From: Gammaproteobacteria bacterium
GTDB taxonomy: Bacteria > Pseudomonadota > Gammaproteobacteria > SZUA-229
NCBI GenBank assembly: GCA_016191795.1
Contig: JACPVK010000437.1
Location: 1 to 29,753, forward strand
Direction: 5' to 3'
Length of the DNA stretch: 29,753 nucleotides
The notes beneath the pieces were generated by a model that saw only the letters and a program-made list of their open reading frames with translations, was not told the origin of the DNA and searched no databases. Of the stretch, positions 23,727-29,753 are shown in pieces (the stretch's first letter is position 1; each line of letters begins with the position of its first letter). A program made the translations under genes and the position numbers.

Positions 23727-24908
23727 TTACAAGCCGTAGGTTTTTATAACAGTAACAGTGGTATTGGTAGCCGTCGTGAGTGAACCTTGCGTTAACGAAA
23801 CATTACTTTGTTGCAGGTCTTGAGTTGTCACGATGCGTGTAGACATTTCACCAATGTTATCGGTCATGATGATGATACGATCCACCATTTCCATAATGCG
23901 GCCACTCATAATGCCAACATCACGGGTGAGCACCAGCATGCTGGCTGATGCATCTTTTAATATGGTTTTGTTTGTTTTAGGCGCCAGTTTCTTAACGCTG
24001 TCCGCAAACTTGTTCAGCGATGCTGCCAGGGCCTTGTTAATATTCGATAAATCGCCGGCCATGGTGAGGGTGTCAGCATTGGTGTACTGGCTGGCTATTG
24101 CACTGTCATTCATTATCAAAACGTAGAGTGCATTTACCTGCGTCAGATAAGCTGTCGTCTCTGATTTAATGCGCGCCAGTTCAATACTCATGTTCAGTGT
24201 TGTTAACACGGTGAGATTCATTGACGTTGATGACGCATTGCCCTGGGTCACCAGACTGGCCAGTGACGGGTTGTAAACCAGTGTGCTGATAGTGTCGCTT
24301 AAAATAACGGCATTCTGCTGTGTTGCCAGCATCGCATTTTGTACACTCGCAAGGTTAGTACTTTGCAATTGCTGCGTAACCAGAATGCGATCCGCCATCA
24401 GACCAATATTGTCAGCCATGACCAATATACGGTCGGCCATTTCACCAATGCGATCCGCCATGGTGCCAATGTCGGTAGATAAACGTAACATCGCCGACAA
24501 CATGGCTGTGTAATCAATCACATTAGCTGATGTAGACAACGTGTTCAGACTCAATGACAAATTTTTAATATTGTTAGCAATACTTACATTGATGTTTGAC
24601 AAATCATTCAATGAAGTCAGGCTTGCCGCCTCCACACTAAACGGCGAGGTGATACTGGCCTTTACCGTTTCAGTCGACGCGATAAAAGCTCTCAGCGACT
24701 TGCTGGCATTGCCAAGATCGGTACAACCGGTTGCGGTGGTTAAGTTGATGCCGGCAAGTTGTGTATTAACGGCCTGCCCCTGAGTAACCAGTGCAGCGAG
24801 ATCAGTGGAAAGTTGTGATGCAGAAAAAGCCGAAGGCGAAACCACCATCAAACCCAATGCTAATAACATGGCATTTAGCCAATGGAGAAAAAAACGATAA
24901 CCAGACAT
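23727..24908 (-). CDS. Exported helical protein with MADRI heptad repeats, paralogue B (393 aa)
   Basis: Signal peptide (...PSAFSA); IGTMADR-IGEMADR-ILVMADN-IGLMADR with a second copy VGIMSGR-IMEMVDR-IIIMTDN-IGEMSTR; ends TYGL; ungapped against paralogue A. Confidence 0.85.
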   Translation of the reverse strand: MSGYRFFLHWLNAMLLALGLMVVSPSAFSASQLSTDLAALVTQGQAVNTQLAGINLTTATGCTDLGNASKSLRAFIASTETVKASITSPFSVEAASLTSLNDLSNINVSIANNIKNLSLSLNTLSTSANVIDYTAMLSAMLRLSTDIGTMADRIGEMADRILVMADNIGLMADRILVTQQLQSTNLASVQNAMLATQQNAVILSDTISTLVYNPSLASLVTQGNASSTSMNLTVLTTLNMSIELARIKSETTAYLTQVNALYVLIMNDSAIASQYTNADTLTMAGDLSNINKALAASLNKFADSVKKLAPKTNKTILKDASASMLVLTRDVGIMSGRIMEMVDRIIIMTDNIGEMSTRIVTTQDLQQSNVSLTQGSLTTATNTTVTVIKTYGL

Positions 24909-25192
24909 GACGTACCCTTAATCTATTTAGTAACAGCCACGCACACCAGACGGCACACGTAAGCCAAAAATCCAGCTATTAAGGGTAAAACGGCGATAGA
25001 TAAGTGAATGGGTGATGTACAGCCCCGAAGTTACCAGCCACTCCAATTGACTACATTTCTACATGAAATTTCATGGATGACATCACGACACCATCCACGA
25101 CAACTATTGCTCATACACTAGCCACTCCGTTATCCACAACAGGTTTTACCCCTGCTGCCCTTCCCGTGGCTGCATAAAACTTCATATTTGTT

Positions 25193-25218
25193 AGTATATT
25201 ATTATTTAATAATATACT
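25193..25218. promoter_or_regulatory. AT-rich inverted repeat, candidate operator
   Basis: AGTATATTATTA-TT-TAATAATATACT (perfect 12-bp arms). Confidence 0.4.
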
Positions 25219-25470
25219 TCTGATTATTATTTGTCCAGCAGGAAGGATGAAAATGTCCTTACAGATTAGGGGCTTAGGCTGTATCCATGGGTAAAACGAG
25301 AATCGAAATGTCATTGGAATCAAGGGAGTAACCCTGACTTTTGGAAAGACTGTCAGGTTCTGGCAACCCGGATTTGTTATGAAATGAACCGCAGCGACAA
25401 GCCATCGATCACTGTCTCCCGGGGCAAGTCCAGGCCACTGGCCGAAGGTGTTCAGGTGTTTGAAGTCTCA

Positions 25471-25508
25471 CCCTCTCCCCGACCCTCTCCCGCCAGCGGG
25501 AGAGGGAG
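25471..25508 (+). repeat. CCCTCTCCC-type REP-like element
   Basis: CCCTCTCCCCGA followed by the hairpin CCCTCTCCCGC-CA-GCGGGAGAGGG. Confidence 0.65.
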
Positions 25509-25847
25509 ATTTTTGTTTTTTCTTAACTTAACGGCATGGGGCCAGCCTGCTTTGTGTTTAAAGCCATCAACAAAAGCCCACTATCACGAACTGGCTTTTG
25601 GCATGGATGTGTCATCAGCTTTAAAAACTTTCGTGTGCCTGTATAAAGACCGCACCCAACCCGTTCGGCGACTATCCCGCCATTTATGTTCTATAAACTG
25701 TTACTCGTCTGAATGGAATGTGCACATCCATCACCGCGTGAAGACACCGAACAAACAGCCTCAAAAAACATACGCCCATGAAACCGCCACCCTTCAGGCA
25801 CAACATGAATAAATTTCTACATACTCTTTTGCCCGGGCCGTAAACAT

Positions 25848-28814
25848 ATGCAGCCCCCACTGTTCCCGGCTAACGAATCTGAACGCCTGCTGGCGCTCTA
25901 TGAACACGCGTTGCTCGACACACCCGCCGAGGAACGCTTCGACCGTATTACCCGCCTGGCACAACACATATTCGGCGTGGAAATTGCGCTGGTCTCGCTG
26001 GTAGATGCCGAGCGCCAGTGGTTTAAATCACGCCAGGGACTGGATGCCTGCGAAACCGGGCGTGACATTTCCTTTTGTGGCCATGCCATTCTGGGTAAAG
26101 ATATTTTCCATATAGCCAATGCCAGCCTGGATCCACGTTTTGCTGATAATCCCCTGGTCACTGGCGCGCCCAACATTCGTTTTTATGCCGGTGCACCACT
26201 TAAAACCAGCGATGGCCAAAGCATTGGCACCTTATGCATTATTGACAGCCAGCCACGCCAGCTCAGCCCGCAGGAACTGGCAACGCTACGCGATCTGGCG
26301 GATGTTGTTGAATCGGAAATTAACCGCCGCCAGCAGGAGCGCCAGCACAATGCATTGCTGACACTGGCTGAAATCGCCTCACTCAACGTATCCGAACCGC
26401 AGGCACTGCTGCGCACAGCACTCACACTCGGTTGCCGATATCTGGGCCTGCCCTTTGGCATCATCAGCCGTATTCAGGATGATAACTACACCGTACAGGT
26501 ACAGGTTTCGCCACCCGGTACCTTGAGTGATAACCAGCATTTTCCGCTGGGCCAAACCTATTGCAGCCTGACGCTTAAAAACGATGATGTACTGGCCATT
26601 AATCACATGGGTGAAAGTGAATACGCATCGCACCCCTGTTACCAGTCATCTGGTCTGGAAAGCTATATCGGTGTTGCCCTGCGCATGGAGAGCATGACTT
26701 ATGGTACGTTGAATTTTTCTTCCCCTGAACCGCGCAGCCCGCGCCATTTCACCGAAGCCGAAATCGAATTTGTGCGCCTGCTAGGACGCTGGGTAACCAC
26801 CACCTTGCAGCGCTGGCAACTGGATCAAACATTACAACAAGAACAATATTTGAGTGACACCATCTCCCGTGCACAAGATAAATTCATCAGCACGGTTGAT
26901 CGCCAGCTTGCCTTCGATAGCCTGCTAACAGACTTGCTGGCACTGACTCACAGCGAATACGGTTTTATCGGCGAGGTATTACATAACGCAGCGGGTGAGC
27001 CGTATCTCAAAACCTACGCCATCACCAATATCGCCTGGAATAATGAGACGCGCGCATTTTATGATGCGAATGCACCTAAAGGCATGGAGTTTTACAACCT
27101 CAAAAGTTTGTTTGGCAGCGTAATGACCAGTGGTGAACCGGTGATAGCCAATGATCCCTGTCACGACCCTCGACGCGGCGGCCTGCCCGAAGGTCACCCC
27201 GCACTCAATGCCTTTTTGGGCATTCCCATTCATCACGACAACGACATGGTCGCCATGATTGGCATTGCTAATCACCCGGGTGGTTACGATCGTGACTTGA
27301 TTGCCTTTTTACAACCGCTGTTAATGACCATTGGCCAACTGGTTAAAGCCACGCGCATCCAGCAACAAAATCGTGTTAACGAACGCCGCCTGGCTGATGT
27401 CATTGAAAGTACGAATATTGGCACCTGGGAATGGAATGTGCAGACCGGCGAAATCATTTTAAATGAACGCTGGGCAAACATCATTGGTTACACCCTGAAC
27501 GAACTGACACCTGTGAGCATTCTAAACTGGCTGGAGCGGCTACACCCGGATGATCTCAAGTTAACCGAAGAGTTGCTGCAACAGCATTTTGCCGGCGAAC
27601 TGGCGTTTTATGATGCGCAATACCGCATGCGCCACAAGAATGGCCACTGGGTATGGGTGCACGACCGCGGCCGTGTTGTGAGCCGAACTGACGATGGCAA
27701 ACCACTGTTAATGTCCGGCAGCCATGCCGACATTACCAAACGCAAGCTGGCGGAAAATGAAATTAACCAGTTCAAAAACACACTCGACCGTACACTGGAT
27801 TGTGTATTCATGTTCGACGCACAGAACTTAAAATTTTTCTATTTCAATGAAGGTGCGTTACAACAGGTAGGTTACAGCCGCGACGAATTGCTCGCCATGC
27901 ATCCATTCGACATCAAACCGGATATTTCTGAAACCCGATTTCGCGAGCTCATCAAACCCCTGCTGACCGGGCAGCAACCCTCAATCACCTTCGAAACCGT
28001 GCATCAGCACAAACACGGCCAACGCATTTCAGTGGAAATTTTTCTGCAATATATTGCTCCGCCAGATGAAGCACCCCGCTTTGTTGCCATTGTCCGCGAT
28101 ATCACTGAACGTAAACGTATCGATCGCATGAAAAGCGAATTTGTTTCCATTGTCAGCCACGAACTGCGCACTCCGCTCACATCGATTTCCGGTGCTTTAG
28201 GATTACTCAATGGCGGTGCACTGGGGACGTTACCCGAAAAAGCACAAGCAATGATCGACATCGCGCATAAAAACAGCCAGCGGTTAACCTTTTTAATTAA
28301 CGACCTGCTCGACATGGAAAAACTCATTGCCGGAAAAATGGAGTTCGATATACAACAGCAACCGCTGCAGCCATTAATCGAACAATCACTCGAAACCCAC
28401 CGTGCCTATGGCGTACAACGCCAGGTTAACCTGGCACTTGTCAGCACCGTGCCGAAAATCGATGTGTCTGTAGACAGCCAACGCATGATGCAGGTGATGT
28501 CCAATCTGTTATCCAATGCCATCAAGTATTCACCGGAAAAAGGCACCGTGGAAATCACTGTCACAACCCGAAACGAATCGGTACGCGTCACCATCACCGA
28601 TCATGGCCCAGGCATCCCTGCCGCCTTTCACAACCATATTTTTCAAAAATTCGCTCAGGCCGATTCGTCCGACACTCGCCAGAAAGGCGGCACCGGGCTG
28701 GGGCTGGCCATTACCCGTGAACTGCTGGAACGCATGGGTGGGCAGATCGGGTTTGAATCGGTTGAAGGCCACGGTGCCAGCTTCTTCTTCGACTTACCCT
28801 TTAGCCATCACTGA
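25848..28814 (+). CDS. Soluble sensor histidine kinase: GAF-GAF-GAF-PAS-PAS-HisKA-HATPase
   Basis: ESERLLAL...LLDTPAEERFDRITRLA GAF; second GAF (GQTYC...HPCY); third GAF (DPRRGGLPEGHP); PAS-PAC x2; SHELRTPL, NLLSNAIKYS, DHGPGI, FAQAD, GGTGLGL; no TM and no REC seen. Confidence 0.92.
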   Translation: MQPPLFPANESERLLALYEHALLDTPAEERFDRITRLAQHIFGVEIALVSLVDAERQWFKSRQGLDACETGRDISFCGHAILGKDIFHIANASLDPRFADNPLVTGAPNIRFYAGAPLKTSDGQSIGTLCIIDSQPRQLSPQELATLRDLADVVESEINRRQQERQHNALLTLAEIASLNVSEPQALLRTALTLGCRYLGLPFGIISRIQDDNYTVQVQVSPPGTLSDNQHFPLGQTYCSLTLKNDDVLAINHMGESEYASHPCYQSSGLESYIGVALRMESMTYGTLNFSSPEPRSPRHFTEAEIEFVRLLGRWVTTTLQRWQLDQTLQQEQYLSDTISRAQDKFISTVDRQLAFDSLLTDLLALTHSEYGFIGEVLHNAAGEPYLKTYAITNIAWNNETRAFYDANAPKGMEFYNLKSLFGSVMTSGEPVIANDPCHDPRRGGLPEGHPALNAFLGIPIHHDNDMVAMIGIANHPGGYDRDLIAFLQPLLMTIGQLVKATRIQQQNRVNERRLADVIESTNIGTWEWNVQTGEIILNERWANIIGYTLNELTPVSILNWLERLHPDDLKLTEELLQQHFAGELAFYDAQYRMRHKNGHWVWVHDRGRVVSRTDDGKPLLMSGSHADITKRKLAENEINQFKNTLDRTLDCVFMFDAQNLKFFYFNEGALQQVGYSRDELLAMHPFDIKPDISETRFRELIKPLLTGQQPSITFETVHQHKHGQRISVEIFLQYIAPPDEAPRFVAIVRDITERKRIDRMKSEFVSIVSHELRTPLTSISGALGLLNGGALGTLPEKAQAMIDIAHKNSQRLTFLINDLLDMEKLIAGKMEFDIQQQPLQPLIEQSLETHRAYGVQRQVNLALVSTVPKIDVSVDSQRMMQVMSNLLSNAIKYSPEKGTVEITVTTRNESVRVTITDHGPGIPAAFHNHIFQKFAQADSSDTRQKGGTGLGLAITRELLERMGGQIGFESVEGHGASFFFDLPFSHH

Positions 28815-28842
28815 GCCACCGGATGTCATTGTCACACCCCCC

Positions 28843-28871
28843 TTGAAAGTTCTCTATTTGTTCTCTATGAT
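28843..28871 (+). promoter_or_regulatory. sigma70 promoter of dinB with a GTTC-N7-GTTC LexA-type box in the spacer
   Basis: TTGAAA(28843)-17 nt-TATGAT(28866); GTTC-TCTATTT-GTTC at 28849-28863. Confidence 0.7.
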
Positions 28872-28903
28872 GATCTCACCCTATGTTTTTAAGGCAGGCC
28901 ATC

Positions 28904-29753
28904 ATGAGCTTCTACCCCGTCACTCCCCAACCCAAAGCCCATTGGGACCGCGCCATTATCCTGATGGATATGAACGCCTTTTTTGCCTCCATTGAGCAGG
29001 CTGATCACCCCGAATGGCAGGGCCGCGCCATCGGCATTACCAACGGCAAAACCGGCACCTGTATCATTACCTGCTCTTACGAAGCCCGCATGCGTGGCAT
29101 TAAAACCGGCATGCGCGTCAAAGACGCCAAAAAGCTGTGCCCGGATTTCATTCAGGTAGCAGCGCGGCCGGAACGCTATGCCGCCGTGTCGTCGCGCATC
29201 ATGCGTGCACTCGAAGACATCACACCGGATATTGAAATTTTCAGTGTTGACGAAGCTTTTCTGGATATCACCACCGTACAGCCATTACTCGGCACACCGG
29301 CAGAAATTGGCCAGCTGGTGAAACGTAAAGTGTTTGAAGTCTCGGGTTTATGCTGCTCCATTGGCGTTAGTGGCGACAAAACCACCGCCAAATACGCCGC
29401 CAAATTAAACAAACCCAATGGCCTGACCGTGATTCCACCCTGGCAGGCACGTGAGACTTTAAAGAATGTACCGGTCACAGAACTGTGTGGCATAGCCGAC
29501 GGCATTGGTGCATTTCTCGCACAACGTGGCGTGCATGTTTGTGGCGACATGGAACACATGCCCATCAGCGTGCTGGCACAGCGCTTTGGTAATCTGGGCC
29601 GACGCATCTGGCTAATGTGCCAGGGGCTGGACCCGGACGGTTTGCATCAGGATGTGCCACAACCCAAATCCATTGGCCACGGCAAAGTCATGCCCCCCAA
29701 CACCCGCGACATTGAGGTGCTCGAAACCTATTTAATGCACATGGCGGAAAAAG
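28904..29753 (+). CDS. dinB: DNA polymerase IV (Y-family), 5' part; runs off the window; not in ORF track
   Basis: Hand translation from ATG 28904: IILMDMNAFFASIEQ, CSYEAR, FSVDEAFLDIT, CSIGVSGDKTTAKYAAKLNKPNG. Confidence 0.93.
   Translation, partial: MSFYPVTPQPKAHWDRAIILMDMNAFFASIEQADHPEWQGRAIGITNGKTGTCIITCSYEARMRGIKTGMRVKDAKKLCPDFIQVAARPERYAAVSSRIMRALEDITPDIEIFSVDEAFLDITTVQPLLGTPAEIGQLVKRKVFEVSGLCCSIGVSGDKTTAKYAAKLNKPNGLTVIPPWQARETLKNVPVTELCGIADGIGAFLAQRGVHVCGDMEHMPISVLAQRFGNLGRRIWLMCQGLDPDGLHQDVPQPKSIGHGKVMPPNTRDIEVLETYLMHMAEK

Noticed and set aside
23169-24470. Repeated DNA (GCGATCCGCCAT-like units) suggesting a CRISPR or tandem-repeat array
   Set aside because: The repeats are the coding heptads of the MADRI proteins, with synonymous variation and no unique spacers
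25321-25400. c-di-GMP-I riboswitch (minus-strand CCGGGTTGCC)
   Set aside because: No upstream GGCAAAC / GACGCAAAG elements at suitable spacing
25111-25812. ORFs 25111-25323 (-) and 25384-25812 (+)
   Set aside because: They cross palindromes and REP-like elements, have no recognisable motifs, and I could not identify a pseudogene source
386-28995. Remaining short track ORFs nested in or antisense to the larger genes
   Set aside because: Shadow ORFs of well-supported genes with no independent RBS, motif or context evidence
29176-29607. 143-aa minus-strand ORF
   Set aside because: Antisense shadow of dinB, which the track missed because it has no stop codon in the window

Overview
A bacterial chromosomal window with no rRNA, tRNA or CRISPR array. 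The gene set looks beta/gammaproteobacterial (inference). Left to right: (1) the 3' end of an EAL-domain gene and a VPLPA-CTERM exosortase substrate; (2) a TetR regulator facing an alpha/beta-hydrolase + GST pair across two near-identical 17-bp operators; (3) an orphan PhnD-like periplasmic binding protein coupled to a HAMP-PAS-GGDEF-EAL-CZB c-di-GMP enzyme; (4) a SAM methyltransferase with a MITE-like insert upstream; (5) a CarH/LitR B12 photoreceptor-repressor with a glutathione peroxidase downstream and, divergently, a string of tiny genes (two absent from the ORF track, one with a Cys4 motif), a DUF393 protein and a degenerate HNH-like protein; (6) LysR/SDR and an SCP2-like gene; (7) a ~10-kb accessory block (15181-24908) in which a 7TMR-DISM histidine kinase and a NarL-type regulator are interleaved with exported proteins. 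These are a GspC-like protein, a fibre-like protein, a 59-aa Trp-tailed lipoprotein missing from the ORF track, an FN3 lipoprotein, and two collinear 393-aa paralogues built on a 'MADRI' heptad repeat; two divergent promoters in the block share a conserved motif. (8) A triple-GAF/PAS histidine kinase and the 5' part of dinB, whose sigma70 promoter has a GTTC-N7-GTTC (alphaproteobacterial-type LexA) box in its spacer. The best candidates for undescribed systems are the exported-protein block with the MADRI paralogues and the CarH-linked small-protein operon. All family calls come from motif recognition by eye; no searches were run.
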